From NCBI GenBank assembly GCA_943704415.1, contig CALSCO010001604.1:1-34111 (forward strand): a stretch of DNA of 34,111 bases, written 5' to 3'. The translations under genes and the position numbers were made by a program. Shown piece by piece: positions 10,741-21,825 of the stretch (positions are counted from its first letter, which is position 1; each line of letters begins with the position of its first letter). Below the pieces are notes generated by a model. That model saw only the letters and a list, made by a program, of their open reading frames with translations, was not told the DNA's origin and did no database searches. The stretch is from Parvularia atlantis. Lineage: Eukaryota.

Positions 10741-13621
10741 TCATGGACCAGCAGCGCGCGTTTGCTCTCCAGCAACAGCAGCAGCTCGCGCGGCCGGCCT
10801 CGCAGCAGACGCCGACGGTGCCGTGGCTGCTCCCGCAGCACCGCCTCGCAAGACCTGCCAGTGCTGCCGCCGCCGGGACACCGGCCAGCATGGCCTCCGC
10901 CGCCACTTCGCAGCAGCCGGCGCTGCCGACGCCTGCCCATTTGGCCGTCGGACAACAGAGCAGCACAAGCAGCGGCCAGTCGACCGGCAGCACGCCCGGA
11001 GGAGTGCCGCCGCCGCAGCAGTCCGACACGCGATGGCAGCCCGAGCAGCATGAGCAGCCGCCGCAGCCTCAGCAGCAACAGCAGCAGAGGCAAACTGCCA
11101 GCGCACAGCAGCCTTCTCCGGCACCCGCGCCCGCGCCCGCGCCCGCACCGCACGAGCCCTCGCTCTGGGAATCGGCCGAGATGATCTCGGGCTTTGACCC
11201 GTCTGCCTCTACCGGCGTCGCCGTCGTCGAGCAATGCGCACCCGGCGCCGCCGCGGAGGCACACGCCGAGGACGAGCTCGACGTCGCGCCTGCAGCGGCG
11301 CACCCGGCGGAGCGGCAACCAGCCGAGCCCACACCTGCAAGCGCCTCTGCGACAGTAGCGGACGCAGCAGCAGCCGCGGCGACGGCGTCGAGCGAGCTCG
11401 CCGAGGACCGCAAGCGGCGCGAGCGCGAATGGCTGGACGCGTTCGCGGCCGTGCAGCGCAAGGACCGCGCGACGATGGACATGATGCTGGCCGCGCACAC
11501 GAAGAACATCGCCGCGGCCAACGACTTCAACACGCACAAGATGCAGCAGGTGGTGCGCAACCCGTCGCTGCGCTTCTCCGTCGTCAACTACCACCCGCGC
11601 GCGCTGATCTCGCACATGTGGTGCGCACGATCACCTGCGCGCGTGTGCTGCTGACGGCGCCCGTCTGCACCCGCGCAGTACCAAGTCTGAGTGGAGCAAT
11701 GCCGCGAGCGCGCCCGAGGTGCTTGTGCCGATTCGCCTCGACCTCGAGATCGACCACTACAAACTGCGCGACACGTTCACGTGGAATTTGAATGGCGCGC
11801 CCGCAACCGTCGCCGTGATCCTGGCCGCACCAGCTGACACCTGCGCCGCGCACAGAGCGCTTCATGTCGTCCGAGCAGTTTGCGCACATCCTCTGCACCG
11901 ATTCGCGTCTGCCAAAGGACCTGTTTGTGCACGAGATCGCGCGGTCGATCGAGGAGCAGTTGCGCTCGTTTGAGGAGTCGCAGGCGATCCCGCACGACAT
12001 GGACGACCGCGTGCTGATCAAGGTGCGGCCGCGCCGTGCCTGGTGCCGTCTCAGGTCGTGTCGCGCCGCGCCCCTCCCCCGCAGCTCAACATCACGGTCG
12101 ACAACACGCTGCTCGAGGACCAGTTTGAGTGGCCGCTGCAGGCGACGACGAGCGAGCCGGAGGAGTTTGCCGACCTGCTCGTGGCCGAGGTGGGCCTGCC
12201 GGTGGAGTTTCGGTGCGCCGCCTCGCGTGCGCTCTGCGCGGCTGATGTCTGCGCGTGCGCAGCTCGTGCATTGCGCACTGCATCCGCGAGCAGGTCGCGG
12301 CGTACTGGAAGGCCCTGCAGATGGGCGACGGTGACGTGGCGTTGCAGCGGTGCGACGCGGTCTGGCTGCCGTGACATGGCTCACGGGCGTGCGCACGCGC
12401 AGGCTGCAGACAGGCGACACGGTGCTGCGCGACGATGCGACGGCGTCGTCGTTTGTGCCGACCGTGACCGAGCTGACGCCCGACGACATGGCGCGCGAGC
12501 AGCGGGCGATTGAGCGCGAGGCCCGCGCCAACCGCCGCCAGAACCGCACGTCGCGGCGCTTGCCCGTCACGCTCGCCACGCGCACGTTCCGCACGCCGTA
12601 CGGCCAGACTGTGCGGCAAGAGTCGCAGTACATCGACAAGGTGCACCTCGGCCACAGCTCGGCGTGCTGCTGCTCGCTCACGCACCGCGCAGGACGACGA
12701 CGAGCCCGACCCCAACTACGCCCGGCGCGCGCACAATGCCGCGCTGGCACGGCGCGCGGCTGCGACGTTCACGCCGCACACATCGTCGACGGCGCTGTCG
12801 TTTGCCTGGCCGCCGCCGGTGAGCTTCTCGGCCACTGCGTTGCAGCGTCCTTACCGACACGTGAGCGCACAGGTTCTGCAGACTGCGATGTCGGTGCCGC
12901 CGCTCTCGCACGGCTACGGGCTGACGCACCAGGTGCCTCCCGCGCCTCGGATAGTGCATGCTGGCAACTACGGCCCGCCCGCGGTGTCGAGCACGCATTA
13001 CGGGCCGCAACACTACTCGATCGCGCATCAGCGCCCGCAGCACCCGCAGCAGCAGCAGCACCAGCAGCAACAGCAGCACGTGCGCCAGCCGCTGCCGCCG
13101 CGCGCCATGCCGCCGCCCGCCGCGCAGAACGTGTTCATGCAGCAGCACCAGCAGCAGCAGCACCGCCAGCAGCAGCTCCTGCAGCAGCAGCATCAGCAAA
13201 TGCAGCTCCACCAGCAGCAGCTGATACTCCAGCAGCAGCTGCAGCGGCAGGCGCAGCAGCGGGCGATGGACGCGTACCAGGCGACGCTGAGCATGCACCG
13301 GCGCGACATGGCGGGGGCGACGGGCAGCTCAACGGAGTCGCTCAGCAGCTCGCCCGGCGGCACGCCGCGGTCAGCGTCCGCGTCCAAGAAGGGCAAGCGC
13401 GGCACGGGCATGACGCGCGAGCAGCGCGAGGCCGAGCAGGAGCGGCTCGAGCTAGCTCGCAAGAAGCAGCTGGAGCAGGAGAAGCGCCTCGAGCGGCTCC
13501 GCAAGCGCAACCGCGACGGCAGCGGCGGCGGTGCGCTTGGCCCATCGCATCGCATCGCCCGTCCGCTGTGCTGACGGTAGCCGCGCTAGACGACGCCGGG
13601 CAAGCACCGCCGCCGACCTGA
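9245..13621 (+). CDS. SNF5: SWI/SNF subunit SNF5/SMARCB1 with long polyQ tracts (about 10 exons)
   Basis: [27 protein letters not shown] (Rpt1), [22 protein letters not shown]...[28 protein letters not shown] (Rpt2), then a coiled coil ([15 protein letters not shown]). The start could instead be ATG 9359, in the same frame. One GC-AG intron (11795-11855). Confidence 0.92.
10116..10790 (+). repeat. Coding CAG/CAA polyglutamine tracts in SNF5, including a pure (CAG)n run at about 10692-10739; more lie at about 13047-13260
   Basis: Directly visible and in frame with SNF5. Confidence 0.9.
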
Positions 13622-13791
13622 TCGGGTCAGCACGCGTGTGAACGGCGCGCTGTGAGCTCAAGTTTTGTAGTTTGGGTTGCATTGGGACGCGCAGACGCTA
13701 ATGCCGGCGAACTGACGCTTCGCGCCACTTCCCCCATCGCCACCGCAGCGGCAGCAGCAGCAGCAGCAGCAGCAGCCGCTGGACGTGCACG

Positions 13792-16700
13792 ATGGACGAC
13801 GGCATGACCTTCCCGACGCAGGCCGTGCCCGACGGCGGCGCGGCCGACGCCGAGCCGGCCGGGGGCGACGTCTGGGGCCGGCTGATGTCGCTCAACGCGG
13901 GCGAGCTGCCGCCCGTCGGTGCGCGCCGGATCGGCCGCGGGCGGCGCGCAGGCTGACGGCGGGGCGCGGCGCGGCAGACCTCGAGAAGGACGAGTACACG
14001 ATCGGGCGCAGCGCGACGTGCGACGTGCGCCTCGCCAGCCAGGCGCTGAGCGCGATCCACTGCCGCGTGTTCCGCATGCGCGACGCGACGTACAAGGACC
14101 TCGAGCCGACCGTGTTCCTAGAGGACCTGAGGCGCGTCGAGCGGCGTCGAGCGGCGTCGCTCGGGGCTCGCGCAGCCGTGCTCACGCGCGGTCGCCGTGC
14201 AGCACCAACGGAACGTTCCTCAACGGGCAGAAACTCGGCAAGGGCGTGCGCCGCGTGATCACGCACGGCGCACGCATCTCGCTCAGCAAGACCGCCACCA
14301 GCTGTGCGCCGACCGCGTCCGGTGGCCTGTGCCGTCGCTGAACGTGCGCCGCAGACTACACGTTCCTCACCGTCGCGCACGCACACGCGACCGGCGCCGG
14401 CGCCGCGGAGCAGCACCTCGCCGTGTCGAAGCAGTACGCGATCCAGGACGTGCTCGGGAAGTGCGTGCGGTCGAGCGAGGCGTGCTCGCTCGCATGCTCA
14501 CGTCGGCGGCAGCGGCAACTTTGCCGTCGTCAAGAAGGCGATCAAGCTTTCGACAGGGCGCTCGTATGCGATCAAGATCATCGACAAGGCACGCGACTGC
14601 GGCGTGCGGTCCACTGCGCGCTCACGGCCGGCCGCAGAAGAAGATCCAGGTGCAGCCCGCGCTCAAGCTCGCCTTTGAGCGCGAGGTCGAGATCCTTCGC
14701 CACCTGAAGCACGTGCGTGTGCAATCTCGCGGAGGCAGTCGTCAAGGCTCTGACGTTCGTGCGCGTCGCAGCCGGGCGTGGTGACGTACGAGGACTACTT
14801 TGACGAGGAGGAGCATATCTACATCGTGCTGGAGCTGTGCGCCGCCATATGGCACGCGCGTGCAGGATCAGTGCTCAAGCGCGCACACTTGTACAGGGCA
14901 ACGGGCGGCGAGCTGTCCAAGCTCATCTTCGCGCCCGAGGCAAAGCGCCCGAAAGAGCCCGACGTGCGCTACGTCTTCTTCCAGCTGGCCATCGCGCTCA
15001 AGTACCTGCACGACCAGCGCATCGCGCACCGCGACCTGAAGGTGTCGGTCGTGCCGCGTGTCGCGGCATAAGGTGCTTACCGCAACGCGGGGCAGCCCGA
15101 GAACGTGCTTGTCGCCAGCCGCGACTCGCTGCGTGTCATGATCACCGACTTTGGCCTGTCGCGCATGACCTCGCAGGCGTCGATGATGAACACCGTCTGC
15201 GGCACGCCGCTCTACCTCGGTGCGCAGTGCAGCGCGGCGCGCTTGCCTAGCTCACTGCGCGTGTGCGATTCTGTCAGCGCCCGAGATCCTCACCAACACG
15301 GACCGCACGGGCTACAGCTGCGCGGTGGATCTGTGGAGCCTCGGCGTGATGCTCTACGTCATGTGCGCGGCCGTCATCCGTTGCTGCGGCGCAGGCTGAT
15401 GCGCCCGATGCACAGGCTCGTCGGCCAGCCGCCGTTCCAGGAAGAGTCGCGCGACGCGCTGTTCACGAAGATCGTGCAGGGTGCGTACGCGTTCGACAAG
15501 ACGGCGTGGGCGGGCATCTCGCTCCAAGGCGCGTGCACGTGTGCACTTTGTGCGAGTGCTCATGTGCGATGCAGCCGTCGACCTGATCAAGCGGCTGCTT
15601 GTGACGGACCCGACGCGTCGCCTCACGATTGATGAGGTCCTCGCTCACCCGTGGCTCAAGGTGTGCGCGCGGCGCGCCGTGGGCGTGCTCGTGAGGGCTG
15701 ACGGCTGCGCGTGCAGTCGCAAGAGATGCTCGACCGCTACGACGCAATGACGGCGACGCTGCGTGCGTAGCCGCGCCAGCACGCGACGTGCCTCTTAACG
15801 CACGCACGCCTGCCCGAACAGCGCAAGAGTACGCCCGCGCCGGTCTGGTCCCGCAGCCGCTCCGCTCCGGCATCACCAACGTGCGGCACAGCCCTGCGCA
15901 CGGCACGGCACGCATGGCTCAGTGCGCGCTCAGGTCTTTGGCAAGGCGACGCTTGACAACAGCGCGGTGATGGAGGCGTCTCCGCGGCCCGTGCGGTCGG
16001 CGCACGAGTCGACGGTGATGATGGACATCGACTGCGCGCCTCCCGCCAAGGCCGACGGGGTTTTCAAGCTGCCGACGGTGCCGCTGCGCGCACCTCCGCC
16101 AGTGCCCACCGTGCGACCGCCTGCTGCACTACCGGCTGCACCGCCGGCTGCGCCTGCACCTGCACCTGCACCCGCGCCTTCTCCAGCGCCTGTGCCTGCA
16201 CCTGCAGCGGCGCCGGCTGCAATACCGCTTGAGCCGACGGCCGCTGCGGGCGCCGACGAGGCAGGCCGGGCTGCGCGCGTCAAACGCAAGCGCAGCGAGA
16301 CAGAGTCGGCCGAGGTGATGCGCACACCGCTCACACAGCAACACAAACGCTGACCGTGCCGCACAGACAAGCATCGAGTCCTCTGCGGGGAGCAGCGCGA
16401 GCAGGCGGTCGCAGCGCGCGAGGGCTGCAGACGTGGCGCTCGAGCAGACATCGCCCACGTCGGTTTCGGCGTCCCCATCGCCACTGCCCTCGCCCTCGCT
16501 TGCTGCGCCGCCGTTCACGCTGCCGGTGACGTTGAGCGGCGCCTCGCTGTCCAGCTCCGGGGTGCGCGGGAACGCTCAAATCGTGCGCAGCAAGGCGCTG
16601 ACGCAGCCCGCGCGCGCAGATAACGGGCTGGGGCAAGCTGCTGTCGCTGACGAAGGCGCTGGGGCCGCAGACGCTCGTGCAGGACGTGGTGACGATCGGG

Positions 16701-17065
16701 CGCGAGCCGTCGTGCACCATCGTGCTCGACCAGCAGGCCGTCTCGGCGCGCCACTGCACGATCAGGCGGCTGCCCGACGGCACTGTCGAGCTGCTGGACA
16801 CGAGGTGCGTCTCTGCACAGACGCGCGCATGCGCCACTGACGTGGGCGCTTGGCCAGCACCAACGGCACGCTTGTCAACGACCGCCTCGTGGGCAACGGC
16901 AAGCGCGTGGCGCTCAAGACGATGGACGAGATCGTCGTGTGCCGCGAGGGGACCGGGGCGCGGCTGAAAGGTGCGCGCGTGTGCTGTGCTGTACGCGTGG
17001 CTGAGGTCGTGTGCGTGCGCGTGCACGCAGTCGTCGTCGGGTTTTGCCTCAAGCTGAGCAAGTGA
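13792..17065 (+). CDS. FHA-kinase-FHA Ser/Thr checkpoint kinase, Chk2/Cds1/Rad53 family (about 19 exons)
   Basis: FHA1: WGRLMSL..TIGR..SAIHCRV..EDLSTNGTFLN. CAMK-type kinase domain: LGNGNFAVVK, YAIKII, HRDLKPEN, ITDFGLSR, MNTVCGTPLYLAPE, VDLWSLGV. A Pro/Ser-rich linker leads to FHA2: WGKLLSL..TIGR..SARHC..DTSTNGTLVN. There are 18 introns, three of them probably GC-AG. Confidence 0.88.
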
Positions 17066-17955
17066 TCAGTAGATCGTGTGGTCGACGCGCCGGCGCATCT
17101 CGTTCTTGTTGGCCAGCCAGTACTCGCGGCTGACGATGCCGTGCTCGCCGGGCGCGTTGATGGCGCGGTCGACGGCCAGGACGCCGTCGAGGTGGTCAAT
17201 CTCGTGCTGCAGCAGCTCGGACAGGTGGGCGGGCAGGTGCGTCCACTCGTGCGCGTCGCCTTTGCGTGCAGACGGCGTGAGCGCCTGCACATCGATCGCG
17301 GGCACGCGGGCCACGCACCGCGCTCGTCCAGGAAGCGCACCGAGACCGAGCTGTGCCGGCGCAGCTTGACCATGAGGAACGGGAAGCTCATGCAGTCGTC
17401 CCACATCGTGAACGTGTCGGCGCTGCAGTGCGTGATCTCCGGGTTGACGAGCAGCCGCCGCCCGCCCTTCTCGGGCACGTTGAGCGCGACGAGGCGTCTG
17501 CGGCACGTTCAGCGCCGACGTGCACAAACGACGATCACGCGCGCCTGCGGTAGTCGATCTGCGGCGCGGCGATGCCCCGCCCGAAGCCGTGCGTCGCGCG
17601 GAAGAGATCGAGCGTGTGCTGCAGCACCGTCGCCTGCCGCGCAAACTCGTCGCCGCGCAGGTCATCGCTGCCGCATTGCCGTCAGCCACAGCCGCCACCG
17701 TCGGCCCGACATCATGCGGGCGCGCACCGCGTCAGCGCCGCGCTCACGGCCGTGAGCGCCGGGTGCCCGAGCAGCACGACGTGCCGCAGATCGCGCGGCA
17801 ATCGCAGAGCCGCGTTTGCCAGCGTGGCGGCCACTCGACCTTCGAGTTTGCTAAACAGCCGGTACGGCGTCGTTGCCGGCTGCGTCGGCCGTTTGCCCGC
17901 TCGCGCCGCTTGCCGCCTCGTGCGCGTCGTGCCTCGCACCTGGGAGGGCACACAT
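17066..17955 (-). CDS. PDF: Peptide deformylase with atypical motifs; 5' end uncertain
   Basis: VVLLGHPAL, GFGRGIAAPQID (motif 1), LVNPEI, WDDCMSFP (motif 2 variant) and ELLQHEIDHLDGVL (HExxH). Three clear introns. A start at ATG 17955 needs an extra intron (about 17841-17939, AAG acceptor). Confidence 0.88.
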
Positions 17956-18091
17956 CGTGCCCACGAATGGACGGATGGACGGATGGGACGCGCGGATGGC
18001 GCGAACGGAGGCGGATGGCCGTTACGAGCGCGCTGCGGTGGCTGACGTGAACGACGGCGAAAAAAACGCAGCAGCCGCCGCGTGCAAGACG

Positions 18092-20267
18092 ATGGCCGAC
18101 AACGAGGACCTGCTCGACTACGACGACGAGCCCGCCGCGGAGACGGTGGTGGCGCCGGCGGCGGCGCAGGCGCAGGAGACGAAGAAGGTGGCGCGGGCGT
18201 CACGCTCGGTGCCACGGCCCACGGCGCGCTGAAAGCGGCGCGGCGCGGCTCGCGGCGGGCACGGCGACTCCCCCAGGGCTCGTACGTGGGCATCCACGCC
18301 ACCGGCTTCCGCGACCTCATCCTCAAGCCCGAGCTGATGAAGGCCATCACCGACTGCGGCTTTGAGCACCCGTCCGAGGGTGCGACGCAAGCGGCCGGCG
18401 CGGCGCGGCGGCGGCACGGGCCAACCCACACGCGCCGTGCAACCCCACAGTGCAGCAGCAGACCATCCCCCAGGCCATCCTCGGCACCGACATCCTCTGC
18501 CAGGCCAAGAGCGGCATGGGCAAGACGGCCGTCTTTGTCATCGCCACGCTGCAGCAGCTCGACCTGGGCGACGAGAAGATCAAGGACGACGTGCTCGTGC
18601 TCGTGATGGCGCACACGCGCGAGCTCGCGTACCAGATCCACGGTGAGTTCAAGCGCTTCTCCAAGCACATGCCCGTGAAGATGGCCGTGTTCTTCGGCGG
18701 CCAGCCCGAGTCAGACAACATCAACGTGCTCAAGACCGAGAAGCCCCAGATCATCGTCGGCACGCCCGGCCGCATCGGCAAGCTCGTCAAGGACCGCACG
18801 CTCAACCTGTCCAAGCTCAAGCACTTCATCCTGGACGAGTGCGACTCGCTGCTCGACAAGGCTGGTGCGTGCGCCCGCCCCTGCGCACGTCGTGCCGGCG
18901 CCGTCTCATGCGCGCGACCGACCCCCCTCCCTCCAGACATGCGCTCTGACGTTCAGGAGATCTTCATGGCCACGCCGCACAACAAGCAGGTCATGATGTT
19001 CACGGCCACCCTGTCCAAGGACATGCGCGCGATCTGCAAGAAGTTCATGCACAACGTAACGTGGCCCGCCGCCCACCCTCGCCCTCGCCCTCGCCCTCGC
19101 CCTGGCCCCCGTCGTCGCCGCGTCGTCGTGCAGCGGTGGCAAGAGCCGCGTGGCCAGACCTCGACGCTGCCGCCGTCGCGGTGATCTGCGCTCTGCCTGC
19201 GCGCGCGTCTGGCGCTCTTGCTTCTTTCTTTTTCTCCCCCCGCTCGCGCGTTCCCGGGCAAGGCAGCAAGGCGGGGCCGGCCGCCGGCGCTCGCAGATCC
19301 GATCCGCCTCCCCTTCTGCATGCCACACCCCTCCCGCCCCCGTACCGCGCACAGCACCGCACGCGTCGACCGCTAACGCCGCTTTCGCCGCCGCCGCCGC
19401 CGTCGCCGTCGCCGTTGCCCGCCATCGCCGCCCACAACGACGACGCGACCCACAGCCGCACGAGATTCTGATCGACAACGAGACCAAGCTGACGCTGCAC
19501 GGCCTTCAGCAGCACTACGTCAACGTGAGCGAGCAAGAGAAGAACCGGCAGCTGGCGGACCTGCTCGACTCGCTCGAGTTTAACCAGGTGCGTGCTGTGC
19601 TTGCGCGCCGCGCCGCGCCTGACGGGCACCGCGCGCCAGGTCGTCATCTTTGTCAAGTCGGTGCAGCGCGCCAAGACCCTCACCGAGGTGCTCGAGAAGC
19701 TCTCGTTCCCGTCGATCTGCATCCACTCGGGCATGAGCCAGACAGAGCGGTGCGCGCGCGCGCACCGCCCTCCCGCCACAGCGCACGGCCGCTCATGACG
19801 CGCGCGCGCGCCCGCAGCGTCAAGAACTACCAGGCGTTCAAGGACTTCCAGAAGCGCATCATGGTCGCCACGGACCTGTTTGGCCGCGGCATCGACATCG
19901 AGCGCGTCAACATCGTGATCAACTACGACCTGCCCGACACGGCCGACGCGTATCTCCACCGGGTGCGTCGCTCCAGCCCGCGCCAGCCATCAGGCGCTGA
20001 CGCCTCCTCCTGCCGTGCCGCCGCAGGTGGGCCGCGCCGGCCGCTTTGGCACCAAGGGCCTCGCGATCTCGTTTGTCACGCCGTCGCCGTCGGACGCCGA
20101 GCTGATCAACTCGGTCCAGAAGCGCTTCGAGGTCGAGATCGCGCCCCTGCCGGCCGAGATCGACGTGTCGACGTACAGTGCGTCTCTTTTTGCGCTCTCG
20201 CGCGCGCGCGCTCGGCAGCGCCTGAGCGTCGGCCTCACACGCATGCGCCCACACAGTGACCTCGTGA
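18092..20267 (+). CDS. SUB2: DECD-box RNA helicase UAP56/Sub2 (9 exons)
   Basis: [83 protein letters not shown] and [18 protein letters not shown]. Eight GT-AG introns. Confidence 0.97.
19056..19455 (+). other. Exceptionally long (400 nt) intron 4 of UAP56
   Basis: Donor AAC|GTAACG and acceptor CACAG|CCG join FMHN|PHEILID. It contains CCCTCG and GCC repeats, a pyrimidine tract at about 19215-19241 and CTAAC at 19373-19377. Confidence 0.85.
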
Positions 20268-20734
20268 GCGCGCGCTGCACCTGCTGCCGGCAAACGTGAG
20301 CGTCTGTGGCTGGCGTTGGGATTGTAACAAGAGCCGGTGCCAAGCTTGAACACTTCGGCCCTAAACTCTGCACATGGGTTCACGTTGAGCCCGAGGCCGA
20401 GGGCGTGGTCGGCGCGCCGTACTGCGGCTGAGCGGGCAGCGGCAGCGGGCTGGGCTGCGAGGGGCTCGGCGTTGGTGGCGTTGCGGAGGCGAGCCGTACG
20501 CGTAGTACTGCGGCGCGTGGGAAGCGCACGTCGTGTGGCCGAAGGTCGTGCCGGTCAAGGCCGCGCGTCCAGCACGCACGCGACCGCGCGCAGTTCTCAA
20601 GCATGTCGCAGGGAAGTGCCGTCGCCCAGGTCGACCGTGACCACGCAGCCGTCCCGCGAGCTGTTCTGAGCGCGCGCCCCCGCCCGCGGCGCCGAGCGCG
20701 ATGAGACGAGAACGGTGACACGGACGCATGCGCC

Positions 20735-21764
20735 ATGACAAGTGCGTGGCTGGAAGCGAGAGCAATGCTCGGTGACGACGACGATCCGCTCGTTGCGGCG
20801 CTGGCGCGTGCGGCGCGCGAGGACCCGGCCGATCTGCGCGAGCCGCGGCGCTTTGGCGAGGCCGAGAGCGACGTGGATGACGACGAGGCGGATGGCGACG
20901 AGGTGGACGCAGACGCGGGCGACGCGCACGGGCCGATGCCGCACGACGGGCCGCAGACGGGCGTCAAGGGCGTGATCGCGGATCGGCGGCGTGGGCGGCG
21001 CGAGCAGGCGGCGCGCGAGCAGGCGGCGGCGCATCAGCTGCGCGATCGCCTCGCAAGGGCGGCGCTGCGACCGACGCGGCCGGCGGAGGACGATGCGGAC
21101 ATGGACGACGAGGACGAAGACGACGCGTTCCTTGAGGCGTACAGGGCGCAGCGCATCGCCGAGATGCAGCGCGCGCAGCCGGCGCGGCGCGTGTTTGGCG
21201 CGCTGCCGACGGTCGACGCGGCCGGCTTTGTGGACGCGGTCGAGCGGGAGGACGCGCTCGTGCCGGTCGTCGTGCACGTCTTCGACAACGTGCGCGAGGC
21301 GTGCCTCACGCGACACGTGCACGCCTGCTCACGCGCCCGCAAGCAGCGCGTCGCCGCCAGCCAGCGCATGAGCCGGTGCCTCGCGGAGGTCGCCGTGCGC
21401 TACGCCCACGCCAAGCTCGTGTGCTTCGCCGCCGCCCTCGCCGGCTTCGATCGCGACGTCCTGCCCGTGCTGCTCGTGTACCAGCGCGGCGGGCTCGTCA
21501 TGTCGCTCGTGCACGTCACGGACGACCTCGGGGATGACTTTGGGCCGGATGAGGTTGAGGGTGCGCGCGCGTACCGTGTGCGCAACAGTGGCGGTCGTCT
21601 CATGCGCCGCACGGTGCGCAGCCTTCCTCGTGAACCGCGGCGCGCTCGCTGCCGGCTTTCGCACGGCCGATCGCGCGCTCGAGGTGCGGCTGCGGACGCA
21701 GCTGCACGAGGCGCACGGCCCGCTCACGCTGTCCAAGTGGCGCGACGACCTGGACGACGACTAG
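20735..21764 (+). CDS. Phosducin-like protein (PhLP1-type, 3 exons)
   Basis: GPQTGVKGVIAD (phosducin G-beta-gamma-binding motif), DDAFLEAYRAQRIAEM, and a thioredoxin-like domain (FVDAVERE..VVVHVFD..LAEVAVRY..FDRDVLPVLLVYQRG). Confidence 0.88.
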
Positions 21765-21825
21765 GTCCTGGCTCAGAGATGGCGCTGCACAGTGCACAAA
21801 AGGGTTAATTTTTTGATGGTTTGGT

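Noticed and set aside
9927..11615. Long antisense poly-Leu/poly-Cys ORFs and many other overlapping Arg/Ala-rich ORFs
   Set aside because: These are shadows of CAG repeats and of high GC content (few stop codons), with no recognisable domains.
19056..19455. Box C/D snoRNA hosted in the long UAP56 intron
   Set aside because: No RTGATGA box C and no CTGA box D found. An H/ACA RNA cannot be excluded by eye.
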